DNA of 64,000 nt from contig DASWEY010000019.1 in the NCBI GenBank assembly GCA_036394575.1, positions 40,579 through 104,578 of the forward strand, given 5' to 3'. How positions within the stretch are numbered: the first letter of the stretch is position 1; each line of letters begins with the position of its first letter. Shown in pieces: positions 42,119-51,100 of this stretch. Both the position numbers and the translations under genes were made by a program. The notes under the pieces are model-generated. The model saw only the letters and a program-made list of their open reading frames with translations. It did no database searches and was not told where the DNA came from. The DNA is from Usitatibacteraceae bacterium (GTDB lineage: Bacteria; Pseudomonadota; Gammaproteobacteria; Burkholderiales; Usitatibacteraceae).

Positions 42119-42403
42119 ATGGACCAGGCACTGTTGAAGGAATTGGCGCAATTCAAAATGTTGTTCAAACGCACCATCAACCAAACGGTCGATATCGAAC
42201 GACTGATCTCCGATGCGCCCTATGGCAAGGACCTCCTTTCGCTCGCCGAGGATAGCGACAACGAAACGCTGGTGCTGATGGCCCTGAGCCTGAAAGACAA
42301 ATTGGGGCTACTGCCGCAACCGCGCGCGGCCGAGGCAACGCCTGCGGAAGCCGGCGCGGATGCCAAGCCAAATGACAAATACGTGCGCGGCGCACGCGGC
42401 TAG
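42119..42403 (+). CDS. Hypothetical protein (94 aa)
   Basis: ORF track only. GAGAGGAAAATAA precedes the ATG. No family recognised. Confidence 0.4.
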   Translation: MDQALLKELAQFKMLFKRTINQTVDIERLISDAPYGKDLLSLAEDSDNETLVLMALSLKDKLGLLPQPRAAEATPAEAGADAKPNDKYVRGARG

Positions 42404-42477
42404 GCCGACGTTGCAACTGGTGTTGCGGAAACCCACAGCGCGCTTTCGCGACGGGCAGCGCTGAAGAAACCGGCGCA

Positions 42478-42568
42478 AGTCACAAAAAACAAGCTCCAGC
42501 ATTGGCGCGGCGTTCGGAGCATTTTTGCCCCGAACGCCGCGCCAGATGGCGTTCTGCGATTTTGATCG
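42478..42568 (-). repeat. Family-1 repeat, copy 9 (reverse orientation, A-loop form)
   Basis: gtcacaaaaaacaagCTCCAGCATTGGCGCGGcgttcggagCATTTTTGccccgaacGCCGCGCCAGATGGCGttctgcgattttgatcgac. Confidence 0.8.
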
Positions 42569-42621
42569 ACTGCACAACCGAATCATGCCGATCAAGCGCC
42601 CTTGCTTCGCGGCACGAAAAG

Positions 42622-43146
42622 TCAGGCGAGCACCTGATACTCGCTCTGCACCAGTCCGCTCGGGAAGGTTCGCGTCGATACATGCCGCAGCCGCACATCA
42701 TGCGGCAGCGAACCAAACAGCGGAATGCCCTCGCCGATCAGCACCGGCACACGGGTCACAATCAGGCGATCGATCAGTCCCGCGCGCAGGAACCCCTGGA
42801 TCGTGACCCCGCCGTCGATGTAAAGATGGTGCGCGCCGCCGGCCGCAAGCTGCGCCACGATCTCGGCCGGTGTGCCGGAAATCTGCTCCGCGCGCCCGCC
42901 GCGGACGGCAGAAAAATCGACCGGCCGGCTGCTCAGCACCACCACGCGCTTATTGCCGTACGGCCATTCGGGAAACGCCAGCACCGTCTCGAAAGTCTTG
43001 CGTCCGATCACCAGCGCATCGATGCCGGCCATGAACTCGTCATAACCATGCGGCTCGCCGCCGCCCTCGGGCAGAAAATCGAGAGCGCCGTTGGGGCGGG
43101 CGATGAAGCCGTCGACGCTGGTGCCGACAAAAACAGATATGGTCAC
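42622..43146 (-). CDS. Dihydrofolate reductase-like (RibD C-terminal domain) family protein
   Basis: 174 aa. MTISVFVGTSVDGFIARPNGALDFL...DALVIGRKTFE...HLYIDGGVTIQGFL. Confidence 0.8.
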   Translation of the reverse strand: MTISVFVGTSVDGFIARPNGALDFLPEGGGEPHGYDEFMAGIDALVIGRKTFETVLAFPEWPYGNKRVVVLSSRPVDFSAVRGGRAEQISGTPAEIVAQLAAGGAHHLYIDGGVTIQGFLRAGLIDRLIVTRVPVLIGEGIPLFGSLPHDVRLRHVSTRTFPSGLVQSEYQVLA

Positions 43147-43261
43147 GGCGGCCTCCTCAAGTGCGGATGCTTCGCAGGCAGAGATTCAACGCCGAAGCCC
43201 CAGCCGCCGTCTTAACCGCAGCGAAGAGAGGACAAGACGGTCGGCTGGAGTGCCTTATGTG

Positions 43262-43696
43262 TTATTCCGCCACATTGACGCCCGAACCGCCCAATTCCTT
43301 CGGGAAGTCCTTCATCTTCGGCAACCCATCCTTGATTCGCAGCTTCGTTTCCTGATAATTGACATGGATGCCGGCGTGATACGGAAAGTCCGGAATGGCC
43401 GCCGCATACACATCGGTGAGTCCCATGCCGGGATGCTCGGTGAAGATGTGCCCTCCGCACGTTTTGCACCATTTTCGATAACTGTGCGGCGTCTTGTTGT
43501 ATGTGCCGATGTTGTCTGCCCCCCGCGTGATCTGCACCGCTTCAGGTTTCCATAAAGTGAAGGCGTTGACAGGCCCCGCCGACCAGCTTCGACACGACTC
43601 ACAATGGCAATAGCCCATTCCGGCCGGCTCGCCACTGACCGTGAACTGAACCGCGCCGCAAAAACAGCTGCCTTGGTAAGTTTTTCCGTTGCTCAT
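43262..43696 (-). CDS. GFA/CENP-V family zinc protein
   Basis: Within ORF 43262..43729. Start M12 (MSNGKTYQGSCFCGAVQFTV...GYCHCESCR...CKTCGGH). Confidence 0.8.
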   Translation of the reverse strand: MSNGKTYQGSCFCGAVQFTVSGEPAGMGYCHCESCRSWSAGPVNAFTLWKPEAVQITRGADNIGTYNKTPHSYRKWCKTCGGHIFTEHPGMGLTDVYAAAIPDFPYHAGIHVNYQETKLRIKDGLPKMKDFPKELGGSGVNVAE

Positions 43697-44086
43697 GATG
43701 CACCTCCCTGGTGGTTTGCACGACGACAAGGTCCGGAGCGCAGGCTTTAAGCAGTGCGTGAAGGACGGAAGCCTGCGAAATAGATGCTCGGAACACCAAT
43801 TCTAGGCGCAAAGACGATTGGCCCGCATTTGATTTTGCTGCAAAAAAAACGGCCCGAACTTTCCTGACGCGGCCTTCTGCGGCCGTCTCGCCCTTATGTG
43901 CGCCGGTGCAAGGTCCGCGTTCGATTCCCTCGCTGTCGCCGCAGCCGCATTTTGGCGGGGTTCGGCCACGCCGATCAGGTTGTTTGGTTGGGCCTGCAGG
44001 GGTCTGGGCAGCGATCGCTGCTTGTGCTCGATTAGCCAGCGTTCGAGGGCATGCCCCGCTTGGTGTAGGTTGATGCGGCAGCCCGA

Positions 44087-44401
44087 CTAAACTGACGCAT
44101 CCCGAAACGCGCGCAACACCGTATTGATGCGCGTCTGGTAGCCAGGCCCCTGCGCCTTGAACCATTCAAGCACGTCCTGATCGACGCGCAGCGAAATGGA
44201 TGCCTTTGACGGCATAGGCTGCAGCCCGCGGCGGACAACGCCGCGAACGATGTGGTGGATGTCGGCTTCAGGGTGATCTTTGGTCGGCGTCGCCGGCTTT
44301 GCTTTCGCCTTGAGACGGGCCCAGTCAGTTTTGGATTTCATTGAAGAAGATGATTGCTTCGCGCTGGGTTGCTTTGCGGAACGAGATGATGCGGATTTCA
44401 T
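44087..44401 (-). CDS. BrnA-like antitoxin (no adjacent BrnT)
   Basis: Within ORF 44087..44455. M19 has GGAGA about 7 nt upstream. The C-terminus ISLRVDQDVLEWFKAQGPGYQTRINTVLRAF matches the BrnA pattern. Confidence 0.7.
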   Translation of the reverse strand: MKSASSRSAKQPSAKQSSSSMKSKTDWARLKAKAKPATPTKDHPEADIHHIVRGVVRRGLQPMPSKASISLRVDQDVLEWFKAQGPGYQTRINTVLRAFRDASV

Positions 44402-44544
44402 GGTCAGTCTCCGTGTGCGCAATGGATACGGATAGGTGCGGAGCGTGGCGGGCATCTCGGAGCGGCCTGGCTAGCGCTTATGCAAGGAATGGGCGCCGAA
44501 CTTATTTTTCTTTTGCAGTTTTTCTTTCTGCTTCAATGGCAGCA

Positions 44545-44880
44545 TCAGGCATCCCCCGCGCCCGCGGAAAAAGTTTCCACGACTTCATAAATCCCCGGCT
44601 CGAACTTCGCGATGGCCAGCGCCTGCTGAAGATACGGCAGGGGAGCAGGATTCTCGCGCATGGCCTGATAATCCGCAACGCTGCGCCATTGCGCGTACAT
44701 CGTGACCTTGGTGCCGTCGAGGCTGCGATGCAGATTGGCGGAAATAAACCCCGGCGCATGGCGCACCGAGGTCTCGGTCGCGCGGGTCAGCAAATCAATG
44801 AGCTGCTGCTGGTTCGCGGGTTCCACGGTAAAGACATTGATGAGGGTTACGAGCTTGTTGTGCTTGGAAATCGTGGGCAT
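44545..44880 (-). CDS. Antibiotic-biosynthesis-monooxygenase (ABM) domain protein
   Basis: 111 aa. VTLINVFTVEPANQQQLIDLL...MYAQWRSVADYQAM. Confidence 0.75.
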   Translation of the reverse strand: MPTISKHNKLVTLINVFTVEPANQQQLIDLLTRATETSVRHAPGFISANLHRSLDGTKVTMYAQWRSVADYQAMRENPAPLPYLQQALAIAKFEPGIYEVVETFSAGAGDA

Positions 44881-45078
44881 GAACGGTTGTGCGAAGTGAT
44901 GGGTTGAGATAGTTCGAGCAATTCTAGTCTTCTGACAGTATGCGCGGGCCGAGCCCGACGACTATCGGGGCGCCGGACAGTTGAGAAATAGTCGACTTTA
45001 ACCATAAAGACTCTTTTTTCCCAAGAAAATTGACTCTGACCATGAGGGTTTCGCTCGTTGATAATTACGTCCTACCTG

Positions 45079-45582
45079 CTATTCAATCACGCGAAGTGAA
45101 TATATCGTTTCTTCCATTGGCTTCTTCGGGGACGCTGGGTCAAATACGGCGCGACGTCTAACGGCTACTTTATCGAAGTAAATTTCCCCCTCAAACGATT
45201 CTGAACCGTCACCGCCATAAATATGTAGTACACCTTGGCCCGCTGAGAGTATGAGTTCGCACTTGCGAACGTCTACTAAGTCAATGAAGGCAGATGAAGG
45301 TACAACAAGTTTTCTATTGTTGACTACGATTTCCAAGTTTTCAATGACTGAGAAAGTATCTGTGAACTGACCTTCAATAAATCGCGGCCCCAGAAAATCC
45401 TTAGCGTTTACTACTTTTGTTTTTGCAACAACCGTTACTGCCATCCCGTACGCACGAAGAGAAAACTTCGTGTTTGCGCTTGAGGTTAGGTCTTGAGTTT
45501 CAATGTAGTCACCCCAAACAACGGGGCTTAGCAGGATCACGCATACGGCCACAAGTGAGCAATACCAATTTATTTTGGACAC
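45079..45582 (-). CDS. Exported hypothetical protein, candidate immunity protein 2 (paralogue of 45603..46091)
   Basis: 167 aa, AT-rich. Signal peptide MSKINWYCSLVAVCVILLSPVVWG. The C-terminal block VPSSAFIDLVD...HIYGGDGSESFEGEIYF...RRRAVF...KPMEETIYS aligns with the upstream paralogue. Confidence 0.6.
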   Translation of the reverse strand: MSKINWYCSLVAVCVILLSPVVWGDYIETQDLTSSANTKFSLRAYGMAVTVVAKTKVVNAKDFLGPRFIEGQFTDTFSVIENLEIVVNNRKLVVPSSAFIDLVDVRKCELILSAGQGVLHIYGGDGSESFEGEIYFDKVAVRRRAVFDPASPKKPMEETIYSLRVIE

Positions 45583-45602
45583 GATATTAATTTAGGCACT
45601 TA

Positions 45603-46091
45603 TTACATGTTGAAAGAATATCGCGTTTCTTCCCAAGCCTTGTCTGGAAACGATCCATTTACAACACGTCTTTTTTTGAGGTAGCGCCCCTGTTGAAATA
45701 CTAGTTCGGCAGTATAAGCATCTGCGCCATCGCCACCATTCACCAAGAGGACGACATCATTCCCAGATTGGTCCAAAGAGACGTTCATTGGGTTTGCAAG
45801 ATCTGCGTACGCTGAGAACGGAATGTATATCTTTTGCTTCCCGATTCTAATGTCTAGCTTGACAATTGCTGAAGCGGGATGCCCTTGTTCAGCACCCCAC
45901 AGGCTTTGCGAGCCATAAATAGAAAAATTTGGTTTGCTCGCAAGAACGACAATAGAGAATTTTTTGCCACCTTTAAGCTCTATTGCCAATTCGGCACGCC
46001 CATCTTTTAGGGACACCGAGTTGGCACCAAACACCATGCCTGCCTGAAGTAGAAAGACAATAAATGCCCAACAGTAGATTCGTATCATCAT
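45603..46091 (-). CDS. Exported hypothetical protein, candidate immunity protein 1
   Basis: 162 aa. Signal peptide [33 protein letters not shown]...[17 protein letters not shown]...KRRVVN...KAWEETRYS. The ATG overlaps the toxin stop (ATGATGA). Confidence 0.6.
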   Translation of the reverse strand: MMIRIYCWAFIVFLLQAGMVFGANSVSLKDGRAELAIELKGGKKFSIVVLASKPNFSIYGSQSLWGAEQGHPASAIVKLDIRIGKQKIYIPFSAYADLANPMNVSLDQSGNDVVLLVNGGDGADAYTAELVFQQGRYLKKRRVVNGSFPDKAWEETRYSFNM

Positions 46092-46672
46092 TCGAATACT
46101 TTCAATATTTTGTCTGAACTGCGGTTGATCCTTTTTCGGACATTAAGCGGAAGCACAATACAGCCTGTAGAGGCTGTTTCACACTTACACGAATTATCAC
46201 CGTGAATCTGGAACGAACTGCGACCAAAAGTATTGGTGTCAGGTAATGGCGTCAAGTCCATAATATTTTTACCAGTATTAGGGCTATCTCTCATCGAACC
46301 AATCCGATATTCTCCTTCGGTTAAAGGCCCCGCCGGATTTTGAGGATTACGCGGTTCAGATGCGGACTGCAGTTGCCAAACTGGATTGTTAAGCCCATCT
46401 GCCCTCCCTGAATATCCTTTGTCAGTAATAAAGTCAGCCGCTCCTCCTTCTGGAGGGAAGTACCACAGCGAACCTGAAGACAAGTAGTACTCCCAGTGCA
46501 ATCCGAAGGGGTCTCTTAAGTTCAATGGGCTGCCCTTCACATATGCATATGTATTGACGCCCCCTTTTAACCCAATCGGGTCACTCTGCACATATCGCGC
46601 TGCAGCACTACTGCCATAACCGATTAGCACCAGCATAAGCAAGATCGCTTTGATCAATCTCAGTATTGTCAT
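46088..46672 (-). CDS. Signal peptide + Rhs-core C-terminal tip motif + DUF2778/Tlde1-like (L,D-transpeptidase-fold) toxin domain
   Basis: ORF track 205 aa (to 46705). The better start is M12 (AGGGGA SD), giving [58 protein letters not shown] (Rhs PxxxxDPxGL end motif). This is followed by ...[11 protein letters not shown]...[27 protein letters not shown] (H...GC catalytic pattern of the YkuD/DUF2778 fold). Confidence 0.7.
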   Translation of the reverse strand: MTILRLIKAILLMLVLIGYGSSAAARYVQSDPIGLKGGVNTYAYVKGSPLNLRDPFGLHWEYYLSSGSLWYFPPEGGAADFITDKGYSGRADGLNNPVWQLQSASEPRNPQNPAGPLTEGEYRIGSMRDSPNTGKNIMDLTPLPDTNTFGRSSFQIHGDNSCKCETASTGCIVLPLNVRKRINRSSDKILKVFE

Positions 46673-46685
46673 TCCGCTTCCCCTT

Positions 46686-47717
46686 TCATTGTACTGATTT
46701 AGCATTGTTCACTCGTTGTAAATAATCCCTGTTTGCTGCCTCATCCGGTTCTCGCCAACCAAGCGCCTCAGCCTTCCCTCGCCATTGCCGCATGCCCTGA
46801 TCAAGTTGCATGAAATACGGGCGCTGTTCCTCCGGAATGTCTCTCGGCATCGGGTACTTGTTCACAAAATGCCGCTGCCGTAGGCGGTAGCAGGCCGATG
46901 CGGTATGCAGCATGGCCGGTACATACTTCGGGTAGTGCGCTAACACCAGACTGGCCAAAGCAATGCGGTACTCTTCCTGGCCTTGCTGTCCATACCACTC
47001 CAGCAAGGTGCCTGCCATCACGACAACGGTCTCTTTCTTGGTCAAGGGTTGCATGTAGATGCCATTGGCCAAGGCTTCCGCGGTCATCGGGTTTTGCTGC
47101 TGCACCCAGACGTCCCGCGTGAAGCCGGCGCCGCTGGTAGCTTCCAAATTGAAATAGGTACCCAACTCATCCCGGTATTTGACGAAGATATGCTCCGGCG
47201 CGGTCGATGCGGTTACGTCGATGCCGAGCTTCTGTCCAAGGACGATGAAGAGCAAGGGCATCGACACGCAATTGCCCTTCCGTGTGGCAAGATAGTTAGG
47301 CAACAGCTTGTTGCGAATGTTTTGGCCGAAGGGGTCGTCGAGATCGTAATGGAATGGTCGGTTGGCGTTCCAGGGACCTGCTTGATAAATATACGAACGC
47401 AGCGCATCGAGTTTCTGCCGGCTAGTAGCGCGGGCCGGCAATTGGGATTTGACCTTTGCCGCTATCGCATCGAGTTGCTTGAGATTTTTGGCGATGTCGA
47501 TGCCCGGATCGATCATGTGATCGATGGCCAGCTTTGCTTTCGCGAGATCGATCTGATCGTCCGGCGATTCCAGAATGGCGCGGATCGTTTGAAGATGCGC
47601 GTCCGGCACATGTGTGATGCTCTCCGCATATGCAGCCTGGATAGCTGCCGATAGCGGAAGAAACATGCCCAACAAAAACGATAGTACTAATGAAGTAGGC
47701 GCTGGTAGCGGGCGCAT
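46686..47717 (-). CDS. Exported transglutaminase-like / TPR protein (SirB1-like family)
   Basis: 343 aa. Signal peptide ...[12 protein letters not shown]. Transglutaminase-core-like [19 protein letters not shown] and APEHIFVKY...FNLEAT. Helical TPR-like C-terminus. Confidence 0.65.
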   Translation of the reverse strand: MRPLPAPTSLVLSFLLGMFLPLSAAIQAAYAESITHVPDAHLQTIRAILESPDDQIDLAKAKLAIDHMIDPGIDIAKNLKQLDAIAAKVKSQLPARATSRQKLDALRSYIYQAGPWNANRPFHYDLDDPFGQNIRNKLLPNYLATRKGNCVSMPLLFIVLGQKLGIDVTASTAPEHIFVKYRDELGTYFNLEATSGAGFTRDVWVQQQNPMTAEALANGIYMQPLTKKETVVVMAGTLLEWYGQQGQEEYRIALASLVLAHYPKYVPAMLHTASACYRLRQRHFVNKYPMPRDIPEEQRPYFMQLDQGMRQWRGKAEALGWREPDEAANRDYLQRVNNAKSVQ

Positions 47718-47951
47718 GCTTATCCGACGGGTAGATGGAGTTTTACATCACAAATTTTAATTGGCGTTACGCCACGCAAAGGCTTGAGTGCCCTTTGAAT
47801 TCAAGCGGCAATCTCGCAACGACGGCTAATGTAGCCAAATGTAAATTTGATAGGCAAGCATTTTGATTTGGATTTGCCGTTTCCTACCCGCGCAAGTAGG
47901 AATTGAGGGTGCTTATATTGCCGAATCAAGATTGGCGTCTGAGTTGCGCTG

Positions 47952-48034
47952 TGAAAAATTCGTAGAACGCCATTTGGCGCGCATTTCCAAGCTTTTTTGC
48001 CCGGAAACCCGCGCCAATGCTGGACTTTCAAAAT
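47952..48034 (+). repeat. Family-1 repeat, copy 10 (T-loop form)
   Basis: gtgaaaaattcgtagaaCGCCATTTGGCGCGCatttccaagCTTTTTTGcccggaaacCCGCGCCAATGCTGGACtttcaaaattc. Confidence 0.8.
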
Positions 48035-48060
48035 TCATCCGTGCACCGCCCATGGATACA

Positions 48061-48092
48061 AAACTGGATACCGGCCTTCGCCGGTATGACAG
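48061..48092 (-). repeat. Family-2 REP hairpin (variant)
   Basis: aaactggataccggccttcgccggtatgacag. Its reverse complement ctGTCATACCGGCGAAGGCCGGTATCCAGTtt aligns with GTCGTCATTCCAGCGGAGGCTGGAATCCAGTCC. Confidence 0.55.
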
Positions 48093-48186
48093 TGTTCCAT
48101 TCGCGGTCTGTCTAAATTGAAAGCTATGCAGTTCCGGCAAAGCAGTTATTGCCGCGCCTGAGTCCGAGGTTGCGAGCGATCGCGAC

Positions 48187-51100
48187 TCAATAATCCCCAC
48201 CGCCCCCCGAAAACCCACCCTGCTGGTAGCGATCCCGCCAGTCGCGCTGCGGGGGCGGCAGCATATTGCTGGTGTCGTATTTGAGTTCGACGTTGTCGGG
48301 GGTCAGCCACTCTTGCAGGGATTGGATCAGCGGCTCGCTGATGCGCACGCGCCAGTTTTCGGGCAGGGGCACGTCGACTTCGCCGGTGCCGTTGTTGTAG
48401 TGGATGAAAATCGCGCAGCTGCCGGGCTGGTTGGGGGCGAGATGCGGGGAGAGGATGCGGCGCAGTTTTTCGCTGTCGGCCTGGCCGTTCATCGATAGCG
48501 TCATCATGCGCACATGCTTACGCGCTTCGTCGATCGACAGCAGCTCGTCGACGATCACGCGCAGGCCACCGGAAAAATCGTCCACGCTGACCTTGCCGCG
48601 GATGATCAGGGGCTGATCGTCGACCAGCATGGCGCGCTTCTTGTCGAAGACTTCGTTGTAGATCACGGCTTCCACCCGCGCGGTGCCGTCGTCGAGGGTG
48701 ATCACGCACATGCGCCCGCGCTTGCCGTTGCGCACGCGCTGCTCGTAGAGAATGCCGGCCAGCATCACCGGCTCGTTCTTGGCCTGCAGATCGATCAGCC
48801 TGGTCTTGGCGAACTGGCGGATTTCGCGCTCGTATGAGGTGAAAGGATGACCGGAGAGATAAAAGCCCAGTGCTTTTTTCTCGGCATTCAGGCGGTCGCG
48901 TTCGCTCCAGGCGTGCACCTGCACCAGCTCGAGCACATCCATGCTGCCGCCGGTGGCTTCGCCGAACAGGCTGACCTGCTGTGCGTCGCGCTCGGCCTTC
49001 TCGGCCATTTCGATGGCCTTGGGCAATGCGGTGATGAGCGTGGCGCGATTCGGCTCGATGGCGTCAAACGCGCCGGCGCAGATCAGCGCTTCGATGGCGC
49101 GGCGGTTGACCTTGCTGCGGTCGATGCGGCGCACGAAATCGAGCAAATCCTTGAATGGCCCGCCGGCAATGCGCACGCCGACGATGCTCTCAATTGCCGA
49201 TGCGCCGGTGCCTTTGACCGCACCGAGGCCGTAGCGCACGGTTTTTTCATCGACCGGTTTGAAGCGATAGGTGCCCTGGTTGATATCCGGCGCCAGCACG
49301 GTAATGCCATTGGCCTTGGTGTCGTCGAACACCATTTGCACCTTGTCGGTGAAATCCATCACCCCCGACATGTTGGCGGCCATGAATTCGGCGGTGTAAT
49401 GCGCCTTCAGGTACGCGGTCTGGTAGGCCACCAGCGAATACGCGGCCGAGTGCGATTTGTTGAAACCGTAGCCGGCAAACTTTTCCATGAAGTCGAAAAG
49501 TTCCTTGGCCACCTTGGCGGTGACGCCGTTCTTTTGCGCGCCCTCGCCGAAGATGCCGCGATGCTTGGCCATCTCTTCCGGCTTTTTCTTGCCCATGGCG
49601 CGACGCAGCAGATCGGCGCCGCCCAGCGAGTAGCCGCCGATCACCTGGGCGATCTGCATCACCTGTTCCTGGTAGATCATGATGCCGCAGGTGGGCGAGA
49701 GGATCGGCCGCACCCGCTCATCAAGGAAGGTCACCGCCTCGCTGCCGTTCTTGTACTTGATGTATTGCGGGATCAGGTCCATCGGGCCCGGGCGATAGAG
49801 CGCGTTCAGCGCGGTGAGATCGTCGAGCCTGGAGGGCTTGGACTTGACCAGCAGATCGCGCATGCCGCGACTTTCAAACTGGAAGATCGCCACCGTATTG
49901 CCCTTGGCGAAAATCTCGTAGGCTTTCTTGTCGTCGAGCGGAATGGTGGTGAGATCGAATTCGCTGTTTGGGCGGCCATTGGGTTGCTTACCCGGCCGCT
50001 CGTGGATCAGCTTGTTGGCTTCTTCCAGAATGGTCAGCGTGGTCAGGCCCAGAAAGTCGAACTTGACCAGGCCCACCGCTTCGACGTCGTCCTTGTCGTA
50101 CTGGCTCACGAATGAATCCGAACCATCGGCCACATACAGCGGCGTGAAGTCGGTCAGCGGCCCGGGCGCGATCAGCACGCCGCCGGCATGCATGCCGACG
50201 TTGCGGGTGATGCCTTCCAGTTTCAGCGCCAGCTCCATCAGCTGCGCGACTTCATCCTCGGCCTTCATGCGCTCGGAGAACTGCGGCTCGGCCTCGATCG
50301 CGCCCTTGAGCGTGATGCCGAGCTGATTGGGGATCAGCTTGGCGATCTGGTCGACATAGTTGTAGCCCATGCCGAGCACGCGGCCGACGTCGCGGATCAC
50401 CGCCTTGGCCGCCATCGTGCCGAAGGTGACGATCTGCGACACGCTTTCGTGGCCGTATTTGTTCTTGACGTAATCGATGACGCGATCACGCCCTTCCTGA
50501 CAAAAGTCGATATCGAAATCGGGCATCGAGACGCGTTCCGGATTCAGAAAGCGCTCAAACAGCAGATCGTATTCCAGCGGATCCAGATCGGTAATACCCA
50601 GCGAATATGCCACCAGCGAGCCGGCGCCCGAGCCGCGGCCCGGCCCGACCGGCACGCCGTTCATCTTCGCCCAGTTGATGAAGTCGGCCACGATCAGGAA
50701 GTAACCGGGGAAGCCCATGTGCACAATGGTGCGGACCTCGAACTCGAGCCGCTCCAGATAGCGCGGATAAACCTCGGCGCGTTTGGCCGCATCCGGAAAA
50801 CCGATCGCCAGGCGCTTGTCCATGCCGGCCTTGGCGGAATCCATCAAATAGGCGTCGATGGTCTCGCCATTGGGCGTGGGAAAATTCGGCAGCCTGGATT
50901 TGCCCAGCGAGAATTCGAAGTGGCAGCGCCTGGCGATCTCGGCGGCGTTTTCCAGCGCTTCGGGAATATCGGCGAACAAGGTCGCCATTTCCGCTGCCGA
51001 CTTGAAATACTGCGCCGCCGTGAAATCGCGCGTGCGGCGCTTGTCGCCCAGCACCTCGCCGCGCGCGATGCAGACGCGCGCTTCGTGCGCCTTGAAATCC

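Noticed and set aside
43900-43945. tRNA-like T-arm string (ggtccgcgTTCGATTccctcgc), considered as a tRNA 3' fragment or att site.
   Set aside because: The flanking bases do not pair into a T-stem or acceptor stem. It matches none of the three tRNAs in the window, and no cloverleaf can be drawn. It is probably chance.
43599-44165. 188-aa minus-strand ORF spanning the non-coding gap between the GFA gene and the BrnA-like gene.
   Set aside because: The translation is Arg/Gly/Ala-rich with no motifs. It overlaps the 3' end of the BrnA-like gene in another frame and has no SD. I treat it as spurious, although the gap could hide a degraded gene.
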